Shown piece by piece: positions 46,918 to 57,150 of a stretch of DNA of 64,000 nucleotides. This stretch comes from Methanofastidiosum sp. (GTDB lineage Archaea > Methanobacteriota_B > Thermococci > Methanofastidiosales > Methanofastidiosaceae). How positions within the stretch are numbered: position 1 is the stretch's first letter; every line of letters starts with the position of its first letter. The stretch lies in the NCBI GenBank assembly GCA_035362715.1, contig DAOSDU010000002.1:131400-195399 (forward strand), read 5' to 3'. Under the pieces are notes generated by a model. It was given only the letters and a program-made list of their open reading frames with translations. It had not been told where the DNA came from and did no database searches. Position numbers and translations under genes: made by a program.

Positions 46918-49900
46918 ATGCAAAAATCCAATTATTTATATTTGCTAAATATATTTTTATTATCGATATTTATTATCGGCATTGTTGCAACTCCGGTTTT
47001 GGCGCAAGGCGTAATATCTGGAAGAGTAACCGATGATAACGTAACGCCACAAGGAATTAGCGGTGCTATAGTTGATGCTTACAAAGCAAATGATGCCAAT
47101 GCTTGCCCTACTATAAAAGGGATGGCAACAACTGATGTTAATGGTACATATTATATATACCCATTAGAACATGGAATGTATAGAATTAGGGCTTATGCGC
47201 CTGGTTATAAGTCAGAGTATCCTTTTTCTATGCTAGCCAATACCTGTACAACTTCATGTTCTCCTGATTATAACTTGACACTTAACGATACAAATGGTAG
47301 TATTATAGGGCGTGTTTTTCAGCCCGATGGAATAACTCCCATTGAAGGCGCAACTGTTAGGGCTTACTACCCGGGAACAGAAAATGTATTAGCAAGTTCT
47401 TTAACATCTGCAGAAGGTAATTATACCCTTTCTAATTTGGAAGGCGTATATGATATAGAAGCATCTGGAGTAGGATGGCTTCCAAAAAAAATAAGAGTTA
47501 CTGTTCCACCATTACCTTCGGTACTAATTCAAGATTTTGTTCTTTTACCTGGACCTTATTATGATCCGGATGCAGTATTCATGGGATGGGTAGAAATTGG
47601 TGATTTGACAGTCGTGGGAGATTACACCATACTACTTAAAGATCTCCAGAGAAGGCATCCATTAATGCCCCCTGAAAGAGGTATTTTGGAAGTATATAGA
47701 AAAGGTACAATGGTAATCCAACAGGTTGTAGTTCCCGGGGATACATTGTATATAGATGAAATAATGAAAATAAAGGTAAATGAGATTAATGATCACGAAA
47801 ATGCCAATTATTTTGGTAGATACAAACTTAACATAACTGTAACTAAAAGAAAAGAGCCGGAACTATCTATTAATCTGACAACTCTGTACATTGGAGAAAT
47901 AGATGATAAAGATAGAACTTTCTTGAGAGGAAGTAAAGAAGGAATAAAAACAGTCCTTCTAGGCGATGTCGATATCAACGCAAGTTCAGGGTCTGTTGAA
48001 TTTGATGACAATACTTATAATTTCAATGTCTCCGCAATAAATGGAAACATTCAATACGTATATAATTTTGAAGAAGTCAACGGTTCATTTGTCCAACCTG
48101 GTGAATTACGTCAAGGAGATATTATTACTATAGGAAAAGATGGCACTTGTAAAAATATTAGGCAATTAACAATTTATGAGATGGGCGGAAGCACAGTAAT
48201 TTGGGCGCCAATAATACATTCAATAATGAGGCCAGAAGATTTTGAATTTGAAACTGAAAACGAAATAGAAAAGCCTCAGTCAGACACTACATTTTGGTAT
48301 GTAACTGAAATTGAGAATACCGGAGATATACCTGCAAAAAATATTAAAATACATATAACCGCTAAAGATTTCACTTTTTTGACCGGTAATAACTGCTATT
48401 GTGGCTCAGACAATGAAGCATGTCTTGAAATAAAATCCATGGAGCCTGATGAAAAAAGACTAATTGTATTCAAATTTAAAGCCCCTCAAACTGATTACCT
48501 AAAAGTATCACCTATCCAAATTGATTTGTCATATCAAATGGGATATTTTAATGAAAAAGAACAGGAAGTAATTCAGGATTATTCAAAAAGCGATAAAACT
48601 TTAATTACAATAGTCCCAAAGCAACCAGAATTTCAAATTACAAGAAATATAGTTAAAGAAAAACTTTTCGTTGGGGAGACTACTGACGTTGAGGTCAGAA
48701 TAAAGAATACTGGAGATATAACGGCTACAAAGATAAAATTAATTGATTATATTCCAGATGGATTTGAACTAATCGACGGTAGCGCTACAATGAATATCGA
48801 TAAAATGGTAAAAAATGAAACATTCACTCTAATCTATAAAGTAAAAGCTCTTGAAATGGGAGAATTTGAATTTAAAACTCAATTAATCTTTGAAGATGAA
48901 GCAGGGAAAAACTACAAAACAACTTCAAAACTTGAACCAGTTACCGTAAGCAAAGAATTCCCAAGACTTGAGATTCTTAAAAAATTGGATAGAGTTACAA
49001 TATCTAGGGGAGATTCCGTTATTGTAGTATTAGTTGTGAGAAACACTGGAAATAAAATTGCAAGAGATGTACAAGTTCTTGATTTCGTTCCCGAAGGATT
49101 TAGATTAATTGATGATCCCAAAACAAAAAGAATAGAGTATACAATCTCTGAGCTAAAACCAGAACAAGAAAGAATGTTCAAGTATATAATAACTGCATCT
49201 TACCCCGGGGAATATAAAATAGGGGATACAAAATTATTGTATTATGACTTAGAAGGTCACAGTTTTGAACATATTGCATCAGGTACATCTGTAAGAGTAA
49301 ATGGCGAGCCCAAAATAACAATCTCCAATATTCAATACTTCAACGAAGAATATTCTTTTGCCGATTATAAATATGTGGATGTTGTATTAACTTTAACGAA
49401 TACAGGGGATGGCCTTGCAAAGAAAATTAGTTTCATCAATGCTATTTCAGGAGATATAGAGTTAGTTGACGGTGAATTGGGAGGGTTCATCGATACTCTA
49501 AAACAGGGTGATTCAAAAACAAGTAAATTCACAGTTAGAGTTCTTCAAGAAAATAAGGATAAGATATTCACAATTAATACCTCTTCAGAATTTGAGGATA
49601 TAGCTGGAAAAAAATCTAAATCTGAAGTATCAACAAATATAACTGTTGGCGGGAGGGCTCCAACTATAAATTTGCTAAGACAAGAATCTGAGTATAAGTC
49701 TGACATAATTAGAATTGGCCATATCATTCCAGTAGTTACAATAATTACAAACACAGGTGATGGCGATGCTAAAAACGTAAGGATTGAAGATAGAATACCT
49801 TCAAACCTTCAAGTAACAACAGGTATCAATTATTGGGGAGGTCAATTAAAACCAGAGGAGAGAGTAACTTTAAGATACACTTTAGTACCTTCTCAAGGTG

Positions 49901-51888
49901 GAGAATACCAAATTGGCCAAACTTTATCAACATATGAAGATGAATGGGGGGTCAAAGGGACTAAATCTTTATCTCCAACTCTAGTCACAGTGTGGGGACC
50001 TTCAATTTCTAGAACTATATCTACAAATGAGATTGAAGAAGGGGAAACAGTAAAGATAACTTACAAAATCAAAAACTGGGGAAAAGACGATATTTACGAA
50101 GTTAAATTAGTTGAAGTCCTCCCGCCAGGATTTGAGATAATTTCTGGCGATAAGGAAATAATCATTGGGGAAATAAAAGGCGGAAGTGAAGTATCAAAAG
50201 AGATGCAGGTAAAATTTACAAAATCTGGAGCATTCATCTTAGAAGATTCTAAGTTTTTCTGGAAAAATGCCTTCGAAGAATCAAAATCTTTGGATATGGA
50301 AAGAACAACAATTAGCGTTAAAGCAAAACCAGAACCACAAACTAGTTTACCAAGTGTTCCTCAATCTGTAACTCAGACAATACAGGATATTAAATCCTCG
50401 CCTTATGCACCTTTTATTATAATTGCAATTATTGTATTACTTTTGTCAATAGTTGGGTACTCAGTTTACAAATCCATGAGATCAAAAGGGCCATCTACCG
50501 CAATACTTTCGATGCCAAAAGATGGAACTCCACCAACTAGACCGGAAACAGTCAAAAAAGAAAAAATAAAATCCAAGAAAGGATTTAAACTTTTTTCAAA
50601 GCAAAAAGAAAAAGTAGTTAAATCTGATCAAAAGGCGCCTGTATCTTTTGAAGCCCAAGTTAAACCATTAGTTAAAGAATCAAAAAAAGAGAAGAAAAGT
50701 TTTGGACTATTTTCTAAAAAGGAAAAAACACCTCCCAAAGAAAGAGTCCCAGTGCCGGTATCTCCAAATCTTGAAGTTGAAAATAAATTTAAAGAATTTG
50801 TAACACGTGATGGGGGCGAGAATATTTTAACAAAAGATCAGATTAATCAAGAAATACTTGGCAAAAGAGTTGCACCTCCTGCATTAAAACAAAAACAAAA
50901 GAATAAATTTTCACTATTTTCAAAGAAAAAAGAAGGAATACCTCAAGAAAAAAAGTCTTTTTCACTGGATCATTTATCCAATTCACGGGAAGATAAAGAA
51001 ATCAAGAAGGAACAACTGAAAAAAGAACTAGAATCTGTAAATATTTTAGAGGAAGAACTACCTTTATTAAAAGATAAATTTAAGAATATTAATGGAAAGG
51101 CAGAAGCTAGATATACACCTATAGTTAATTCGATAATGAAAGAAGACACTGAAAATAGACCTCCGGAAGTAGAATTTAGGGCCCCTGAAGAGATAAGAAA
51201 AGAGCTCGAAGAAATGAAATTGACCTTACAAGATAAAGATAAAATAGAATCCCTTGATTCGTTTGAAATAGAATCTTTGAGGTCTGAGATTTCTAAGACA
51301 CTAGAGGAGATAGAAAAAAGACAAGAAAATATATCTAGAGATGAAGAGCAAATTAATATTCAACACAATATTGAACAAGAATCTTCTCGTATAGATCTCA
51401 TGGACAGAAAAGAACTTGATGAATTCCAGATTAAAATTTTAAATGAACTTGATGATCTTGAAATTAAGAAAAATATTGATTTTGAAGAAGAACAGTTGAA
51501 AGAAATAAAAGGAAGAGTAGTCCCCAAGAATGTTGATTTGGATCTTCCCCCCTCCGTAGAAAGAGCATACAAAGAGTTTAGACAAAAGAAGAATAAGGGG
51601 GAACCAGAGAATCCATTTAAAGAAGAGGGCAATGGATCAAGTAAAAAGGGCAGTTCTTGGACAAATAACTTTAAACATAACAATACTTCGCCAGAAATAC
51701 CTTCTTCAATTAAGGAATTACTAGAAAAAAGATCTTCTAGTTCAAACGACGCCTATACTTCAATACCAGATCCAAAAGAACTCATTAAAGGGAAGAAAGA
51801 AAATAATACTCGCTTCTTTTCCAACAATCCAACATCAGTTCCAGACCCAAAAGAAGTGATAAAAGGTAAGAAGAAAAACCAAATATGA
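46918..51888 (+). CDS. Giant cell-surface protein: signal peptide, two carboxypeptidase-regulatory-like domains, about six DUF11/BatD-like Ig repeats, TM helix, ~470-aa charged cytoplasmic tail
   Basis: ISGRVTD...GA.V and IIGRVFQPDG..PIEGATV; repeated xNTGD..A..I motifs; TM PFIIIAIIVLLLSIVGYSVY. Confidence 0.85.
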   Translation: MQKSNYLYLLNIFLLSIFIIGIVATPVLAQGVISGRVTDDNVTPQGISGAIVDAYKANDANACPTIKGMATTDVNGTYYIYPLEHGMYRIRAYAPGYKSEYPFSMLANTCTTSCSPDYNLTLNDTNGSIIGRVFQPDGITPIEGATVRAYYPGTENVLASSLTSAEGNYTLSNLEGVYDIEASGVGWLPKKIRVTVPPLPSVLIQDFVLLPGPYYDPDAVFMGWVEIGDLTVVGDYTILLKDLQRRHPLMPPERGILEVYRKGTMVIQQVVVPGDTLYIDEIMKIKVNEINDHENANYFGRYKLNITVTKRKEPELSINLTTLYIGEIDDKDRTFLRGSKEGIKTVLLGDVDINASSGSVEFDDNTYNFNVSAINGNIQYVYNFEEVNGSFVQPGELRQGDIITIGKDGTCKNIRQLTIYEMGGSTVIWAPIIHSIMRPEDFEFETENEIEKPQSDTTFWYVTEIENTGDIPAKNIKIHITAKDFTFLTGNNCYCGSDNEACLEIKSMEPDEKRLIVFKFKAPQTDYLKVSPIQIDLSYQMGYFNEKEQEVIQDYSKSDKTLITIVPKQPEFQITRNIVKEKLFVGETTDVEVRIKNTGDITATKIKLIDYIPDGFELIDGSATMNIDKMVKNETFTLIYKVKALEMGEFEFKTQLIFEDEAGKNYKTTSKLEPVTVSKEFPRLEILKKLDRVTISRGDSVIVVLVVRNTGNKIARDVQVLDFVPEGFRLIDDPKTKRIEYTISELKPEQERMFKYIITASYPGEYKIGDTKLLYYDLEGHSFEHIASGTSVRVNGEPKITISNIQYFNEEYSFADYKYVDVVLTLTNTGDGLAKKISFINAISGDIELVDGELGGFIDTLKQGDSKTSKFTVRVLQENKDKIFTINTSSEFEDIAGKKSKSEVSTNITVGGRAPTINLLRQESEYKSDIIRIGHIIPVVTIITNTGDGDAKNVRIEDRIPSNLQVTTGINYWGGQLKPEERVTLRYTLVPSQGGEYQIGQTLSTYEDEWGVKGTKSLSPTLVTVWGPSISRTISTNEIEEGETVKITYKIKNWGKDDIYEVKLVEVLPPGFEIISGDKEIIIGEIKGGSEVSKEMQVKFTKSGAFILEDSKFFWKNAFEESKSLDMERTTISVKAKPEPQTSLPSVPQSVTQTIQDIKSSPYAPFIIIAIIVLLLSIVGYSVYKSMRSKGPSTAILSMPKDGTPPTRPETVKKEKIKSKKGFKLFSKQKEKVVKSDQKAPVSFEAQVKPLVKESKKEKKSFGLFSKKEKTPPKERVPVPVSPNLEVENKFKEFVTRDGGENILTKDQINQEILGKRVAPPALKQKQKNKFSLFSKKKEGIPQEKKSFSLDHLSNSREDKEIKKEQLKKELESVNILEEELPLLKDKFKNINGKAEARYTPIVNSIMKEDTENRPPEVEFRAPEEIRKELEEMKLTLQDKDKIESLDSFEIESLRSEISKTLEEIEKRQENISRDEEQINIQHNIEQESSRIDLMDRKELDEFQIKILNELDDLEIKKNIDFEEEQLKEIKGRVVPKNVDLDLPPSVERAYKEFRQKKNKGEPENPFKEEGNGSSKKGSSWTNNFKHNNTSPEIPSSIKELLEKRSSSSNDAYTSIPDPKELIKGKKENNTRFFSNNPTSVPDPKEVIKGKKKNQI

Positions 51889-51950
51889 ATGTCTGGTTAA
51901 TTTATACGAAAATCTTTTATAACAATTTTGATAAACTTATACGTGTTTTA

Positions 51951-52700
51951 ATGTCTCGCTTTGTATCACAGAATATCTCAAATATTAAACCAGTAATCGA
52001 ATCGATATCTGAGCTGACTGGCGAATGCTTGTTCACAATAAACAAAAATGGTATATATATTGAAGGGACGGATCCTTCTCTTATATCTAAAGTAGAATTT
52101 TTAATGCCCGCTAAATCTTTTGATAAATTTGAAATAGATGCTGAAGAATCAGTCGGGGTTAATATAGATTCTTTCGCGAAGATATGTAGAAGGGCTTATC
52201 AAAACGAATTAATGAGTATTGATATAAATTCTAAAGCGGGTAAAGTAGAGCTTATTCTAGAAAGTGATTTTAAAAGAAATTTTGAATTTACTTTACTTTC
52301 AACTACTAATTTCAGTATCCCTCAATTAAATCCTAAATATTCAACTTTTATTGAAATTGATAGTAAAATATTTAGAGACATTATCAAAGATATGGCCGTT
52401 ATAGGGGGAACAATTCTTTTTTCAATCCATAAAAATAATATTTCTATTTCCTCTGAAGATTATACTTCTAAGGCATTGGCTGAAATCTCTTCAGAATCAA
52501 AATCTATAAAAAAATTTGAAGCTAAAACTATTCAACGTTCAAAATACAATCTTAACTATATCCTAAGTTTCTTAAGTGCGTTTGCCGTTTCAGATTATCT
52601 TAAAATATCTGTTGGGGGATCAAAACTTCCCTTGAAACTTGAATACCAAATAGGTGAAGAAGGCCGATTTACACTATACCTTGCTCCAATGGAGATATAG
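51951..52700 (+). CDS. pcn: DNA sliding clamp PCNA homolog (divergent)
   Basis: 249 aa; DPSLISKV (cf. DPSHV), VGVNI, SKYNLNY, LPLKLEY, LYLAP; start moved to ATG 51951. Confidence 0.85.
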   Translation: MSRFVSQNISNIKPVIESISELTGECLFTINKNGIYIEGTDPSLISKVEFLMPAKSFDKFEIDAEESVGVNIDSFAKICRRAYQNELMSIDINSKAGKVELILESDFKRNFEFTLLSTTNFSIPQLNPKYSTFIEIDSKIFRDIIKDMAVIGGTILFSIHKNNISISSEDYTSKALAEISSESKSIKKFEAKTIQRSKYNLNYILSFLSAFAVSDYLKISVGGSKLPLKLEYQIGEEGRFTLYLAPMEI

Positions 52701-53699
52701 ATGAATCTTTTATTTTTTCTTTCAGGGAGTAGTACCCTATTTGCCAAAGAGGAAGTCATTTCTTTGCTGAATTCTTATGGAATAAAATATCAAATAATCT
52801 TTAGTGAAGGGCAATTTCTAATAATTAAAACTAGTAGTGTTATAATTGATTTTATTTTCCGATTAGGTCTGACCCATTTTGTATTGGATATTATTTCTGA
52901 TTTAGTTATCGATGACAAAATAGATAAATCTCTTTCAGAAATCCAATGGGATTCTCAACTTAACTTTGATAGAACTTTTAAAGTAAGAGTTAAGAATAAA
53001 GAGAAAAAAGAATATAATAATATTGAACTTCTCATTGCAAAGTCTATATCAAAATATTTTGAAAATAATATAAAAGCAGATTTAACAAATCCGATGGATG
53101 AAATAATCGGATTGACTTTTAAAAATAAATTATATATTGGGAAAAAAATCTTTGAAAGAAATAAGAAGGATTTCAACAAAAGAAAACCACAATTAAGGCC
53201 ATTTTTTTCACCTACTTCAATAGACCCGCGTATTGCAAGAGCAATGATTAATATTTCACAAGCTCAAAAAGAGATCTTAGACCCTTTTGCAGGAACAGGA
53301 GGTATTCTAATTGAAGCAGGCCTTATAGGACTCGATACGTATGGCCTTGATATTGAGGAAAAAAGCGCGATAGGAACAAAAACGAATCTTTTAAATTATG
53401 GGATAAAAAACTTTGACATTAGATCAGGAGACGCAAGGAAAATATCTGAGATATTTGAAAGGAACTTTGAATCTATAGTTACTGATGCGCCATACGGCCG
53501 TTCCACTAAAATAGACAAGGATAAAGAGAAGATGTACACGGATTGTTTTTTGTCGATACTAGAATCTTTCAAAAAACGATGTGTGATTGGATTAGATAGA
53601 GAATATCCATTTGATGAAATAGGATTTCGCATTGAGAGCATCTATAGCTTTAGAGTTCACAAAAGCCTTACTAGATATCTTCATGTTCTGTCAAGATGA
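52701..53699 (+). CDS. trm11: tRNA (guanine(10)-N2)-methyltransferase (THUMP plus MTase)
   Basis: RPFFSPTSIDPRIARAMIN, DPFAGTGGILIEA, TDAPYG, RVHKSLTR. Confidence 0.9.
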   Translation: MNLLFFLSGSSTLFAKEEVISLLNSYGIKYQIIFSEGQFLIIKTSSVIIDFIFRLGLTHFVLDIISDLVIDDKIDKSLSEIQWDSQLNFDRTFKVRVKNKEKKEYNNIELLIAKSISKYFENNIKADLTNPMDEIIGLTFKNKLYIGKKIFERNKKDFNKRKPQLRPFFSPTSIDPRIARAMINISQAQKEILDPFAGTGGILIEAGLIGLDTYGLDIEEKSAIGTKTNLLNYGIKNFDIRSGDARKISEIFERNFESIVTDAPYGRSTKIDKDKEKMYTDCFLSILESFKKRCVIGLDREYPFDEIGFRIESIYSFRVHKSLTRYLHVLSR

Positions 53700-53877
53700 T
53701 AATCAATTCATATATTCTTGAGGACGCAGAAGTCAGTAATAGCGTGATTTTAATATTAATGATTATTTTTTATAATATTATTGTTAATCAATAATATGTT
53801 AAAGCTTTTCAAAACTGTGTATTCTGAAATTGAATAATGTAATTTAATTTAAAATATAAATATTAAAAGATGGTAAT

Positions 53878-55488
53878 TTATTCATTCTCAGGGTCTTTGG
53901 CTGAGATCATCCTTTCTTTTATGTCCTCAGGCTCACCTATGAAGACTACTTTTCCGTCTTTCATGAAACATGCCCTATCACATACATCTACGATAAAATC
54001 TGAGTCATGAGTGACTATTAAAAACGTTTCACCTAGAACTTCCCTTGCTTTTCTAATTGATTTTGCAACTATTTTTCTTGTGAATGGATCCATGGTACCG
54101 GTGGGCTCATCAAGAATCACTATTCTTGGTTCTTTGATCAATACTTGGGCCAGTGCAATTCTGTGTTTTTCACCAACAGACAATGCATCGGGCATTTTAT
54201 TTAAGATTTCATCCAATTCCTTTTGGTCTTCAAATCCCACTCCTTCTAGAACAGAAATAACCTTCATTTTTCCTAATTCTTTGGGAAGTTTAATCCCTAT
54301 GGCATCAGTAAGATTTTGCAATACATTTTTGTCTGGGTATAGCGTGTACTCTTGGTGAAGAACGCCCATGTAAAGCATCGCCTTTCCTTTGCCTAGAAAT
54401 CCAGGCTCTTTCATGTCTATCCATTCATCGCCAATCCTGATGTTTAGTTCACCTTCAGTAAATGGTGTAATGCCTGCAATCATTCTAGAAACTGTAGTCT
54501 TACCAGTTCCACTCTTGCCTACAAGACCAAAAATCTCTTTTTCATTAACTGCAAAAGTAACCCCATCAACAGCCTTAACAACTCCACGGGATATGGAGTA
54601 GTAATACTTTTTTACATCCCATAACTCAATTATGCCGCTGCCAATTCCTGGAAATCTTACCTTTTCTTCAGGTAATAGCTTTTCCATAAAAGCCTTAACT
54701 ACTTCTTTCGAATTTCCATCTTGGATTACTTTTCCATTATCAAGCCATACCGCTTTTTGGGCCAATAATTCAATGGCTTCTGGCCAGTGAGATGTAACTA
54801 TTAAGGACATTCCTTGTTTTACTGCATCTAATAATACATTATGGACTGTGTTTGCAGTCAAAGGATCCAAAGTTCCTGTTGGTTCATCTGCTAGAAGCAG
54901 CATAGGATTAATAGCAAGTTGCCTTGCAAGAACAATTCTTTGTTTCTCTCCCCCAGATAGGTCTCTTGCAATATGGGTCATCCTTTGGATCATATTCACC
55001 TTTTGTAAAAGTTCTATAATCTTAGGTATAATCATATTTTTTGGTATTTCAGACCCAGCGAAAGCATCCTGCATATTTTCCATAACTGTTTTTTCACCAT
55101 AAAGTGAAAATGTACGTTGTAACATAATTGCAGTTCTTTTTCTTATAGGATTAAAAAAAGCCGTATCTTCCCAGAAATCTACTTTTTTTAGAATCATTTT
55201 TTCATTGCATTTCGTGCATGGGGTGTCTTTTTTACTTGGAAAGTCCACCTTCATACATTTGGGGCAATAAGAAACATTGTAGAAAATCTTACCTTCTGTT
55301 GGCCTGTATTCTTTAGTTCCCCTCAATATATTGATAAGAACAGATTTACCGCTGCCACTCTTTCCCAATAGTCCTAACGATTCCCCTTCTTTTACTTTGA
55401 AGGATACGTTATCAAGAATCTTCTTATTATCAAAAACAATTGATACATTTTCAACTTCCAAAAGATATTCGCTCAATTTAATCCCCAT
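53878..55488 (-). CDS. atwA: Methyl-coenzyme M reductase activation component A2 (double ABC ATPase)
   Basis: Two Walker A motifs; Zn motif CPKC...CTKC; IMLQRTFSLY; HIARDLSGGEKQR; VTSHWPE; GVLHQEY. Confidence 0.95.
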   Translation of the reverse strand: MGIKLSEYLLEVENVSIVFDNKKILDNVSFKVKEGESLGLLGKSGSGKSVLINILRGTKEYRPTEGKIFYNVSYCPKCMKVDFPSKKDTPCTKCNEKMILKKVDFWEDTAFFNPIRKRTAIMLQRTFSLYGEKTVMENMQDAFAGSEIPKNMIIPKIIELLQKVNMIQRMTHIARDLSGGEKQRIVLARQLAINPMLLLADEPTGTLDPLTANTVHNVLLDAVKQGMSLIVTSHWPEAIELLAQKAVWLDNGKVIQDGNSKEVVKAFMEKLLPEEKVRFPGIGSGIIELWDVKKYYYSISRGVVKAVDGVTFAVNEKEIFGLVGKSGTGKTTVSRMIAGITPFTEGELNIRIGDEWIDMKEPGFLGKGKAMLYMGVLHQEYTLYPDKNVLQNLTDAIGIKLPKELGKMKVISVLEGVGFEDQKELDEILNKMPDALSVGEKHRIALAQVLIKEPRIVILDEPTGTMDPFTRKIVAKSIRKAREVLGETFLIVTHDSDFIVDVCDRACFMKDGKVVFIGEPEDIKERMISAKDPENE

Positions 55489-55618
55489 CTTTTGTTTATG
55501 TTGATGTTAAGACATCTAACTATATTTAAGTTTTTGGATTACGAATATAAATTCATAAGTATTTCCTGGTTACTAATGTATTTATATGCCTATAGCCATA
55601 TTATTTTAGGGAGTTTAA

Positions 55619-56176
55619 ATGATAAGTATAGTCTCAAAGAACAGAGAATTATTGTCTATTTTTTATACTTTTCTTAAGATATCGGGACTTACCATTGGAG
55701 GGGGATACGCAATGGTACCAGCTATTGAGAGAAACCTGATTAATAAAAAACTAATAACTGAAAAAGAGTTTTTTAATATACTTTCAATCGCACAGTCTAT
55801 GCCCGGTCCAATAGCATTCAATTTATCAATACTATTGGGTAAAAAACTAAGGGGGTTTTGGGGTGCAGTATTTGCATCATTTGGGGTTATCATTCCTCCA
55901 TTTTTTGGAATAATAATAGTTGCTAGTTTAATACAAGCCAATTCTGGCAGTGTTTATGTGGCCAAATTTTTGAATGGGTGTTATATAGCAACTGTTGGAT
56001 TGACTTCATACGTGCTTTATAAAATAATGAAAAATATCAATTATAACAAAATTACTATCCCTCTTTTTTTATTTGGTGTATTGTTTATTATTCTAAATAA
56101 AAACTTGACATTTTTTGTATTTCTTTTTTTAGTTTTTATTAATTATTTTTATGAAAAGGGAGGGATTGATTGCTAA
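55619..56176 (+). CDS. Short-chain chromate transporter (CHR family), subunit 1
   Basis: TIGGGYAM, AQSMPGPIAFN. Confidence 0.9.
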   Translation: MISIVSKNRELLSIFYTFLKISGLTIGGGYAMVPAIERNLINKKLITEKEFFNILSIAQSMPGPIAFNLSILLGKKLRGFWGAVFASFGVIIPPFFGIIIVASLIQANSGSVYVAKFLNGCYIATVGLTSYVLYKIMKNINYNKITIPLFLFGVLFIILNKNLTFFVFLFLVFINYFYEKGGIDC

Positions 56177-56679
56177 ACATTCTATTTATTTTCTTCTACA
56201 TTGGTTCAATATCTTTCGGGGGTGGGTGGGCTGTTGTTGGATTGATTAAGGATATAATGATTGGCCAAAATTATTTAAATTTTCCAGAATTTAAAGAAAT
56301 TTTAACTGCGGCACAATTAACACCGGGGCCAATCGCAGTCAATATGGCAACTTATGTTGGATATAAATACTATGGTTTTATCGGAGCTATATTAACCACA
56401 TTTTTTTTGCTTTTACCCCCGATAATAATCATGGCTAGTTACTTAACGTTAAAGAAATCAATAAAATTAAAAAAAGAATATTTTATTAATTCTCTAGCTC
56501 TTGGAACCGCGGTACTTGTTTTTATAACATTATATTCCTTAGGAGTTCAATTTATATTAAATCTTGATATAAAGGCGGTAATACTAGCATTAGCAATATT
56601 TATTTTACTTGTTAAAACTAGAATAGACCCAATCTTTTTTATAATTGGATCAGGATTCATAGCAATTTTAGTGTTGTGA
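56170..56679 (+). CDS. Short-chain chromate transporter (CHR family), subunit 2
   Basis: SFGGGWA, AQLTPGPIAVNMATYVG; overlaps subunit 1. Confidence 0.9.
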   Translation: MLNILFIFFYIGSISFGGGWAVVGLIKDIMIGQNYLNFPEFKEILTAAQLTPGPIAVNMATYVGYKYYGFIGAILTTFFLLLPPIIIMASYLTLKKSIKLKKEYFINSLALGTAVLVFITLYSLGVQFILNLDIKAVILALAIFILLVKTRIDPIFFIIGSGFIAILVL

Positions 56680-56703
56680 TGATTAGTAGTTAGATTTATA
56701 AAT

Positions 56704-56721
56704 TATGAATAAATATTCATA
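56704..56721. promoter_or_regulatory. Palindromic candidate operator directly downstream of a TATA box
   Basis: TATGAATA-aa-TATTCATA (8-bp perfect arms) right after TTTATAAA at 56695-56702. Confidence 0.55.
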
Positions 56722-56753
56722 TTGAAGATATCATAAAAACGAAGTGTATTATT

Positions 56754-56951
56754 ATGGATAATAGGAAGTTTAAGTGTTATGACTGCAACTACGAGTGGGA
56801 TTTACCTCACGGGACTGGAAAAATGGGCATTAACTTGAACTGCCCTAAATGTAACAGTTCGAATGTACACAGAGTCAACGGTGGTAGGTATGGAAACAGA
56901 ACTGGATTTTGTAGATCAAATAATCCAAATTTAGACAATAACAAAAATTAA
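56754..56951 (+). CDS. Small Zn-ribbon protein resembling the C-terminal module of DUF134 proteins
   Basis: RKFKCYDCNYEW.LPHGTG...CPKCNSSNVHR. Confidence 0.72.
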   Translation: MDNRKFKCYDCNYEWDLPHGTGKMGINLNCPKCNSSNVHRVNGGRYGNRTGFCRSNNPNLDNNKN

Positions 56952-56985
56952 ATAACAATATTTTTCTTGAAACGGATAAGATATT

Positions 56986-57114
56986 ATGAAAGTAACAATA
57001 CCTACTGGTTTTATTTTGGAAATAGAAGATGAAGTATTCTCTCATCTTTTGGCAAAGTATCAACATTTTGGGAGAAATCAACTCCGTCAGACATACAACG
57101 TTGAAATTAATTGA
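56986..57114 (+). pseudogene. Degenerate remnant of a NifB/NifX-family (FeMo-cofactor binding) gene
   Basis: MKVTIPT...EDEVFSH...QHFGR, stops after 42 aa; a shifted frame reads FGKVSTF; sits directly before an Mrp gene. Confidence 0.5.
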
Positions 57115-57150
57115 AAATATTTTAGTTAAATAGAATATTAGGGGATATAA

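Noticed and set aside
53775..53797. 9-bp inverted repeat ATATTATTG/CAATAATAT between trm11 and atwA
   Set aside because: Nearly all A/T in a very AT-rich gap, so plausible by chance; at most a terminator element
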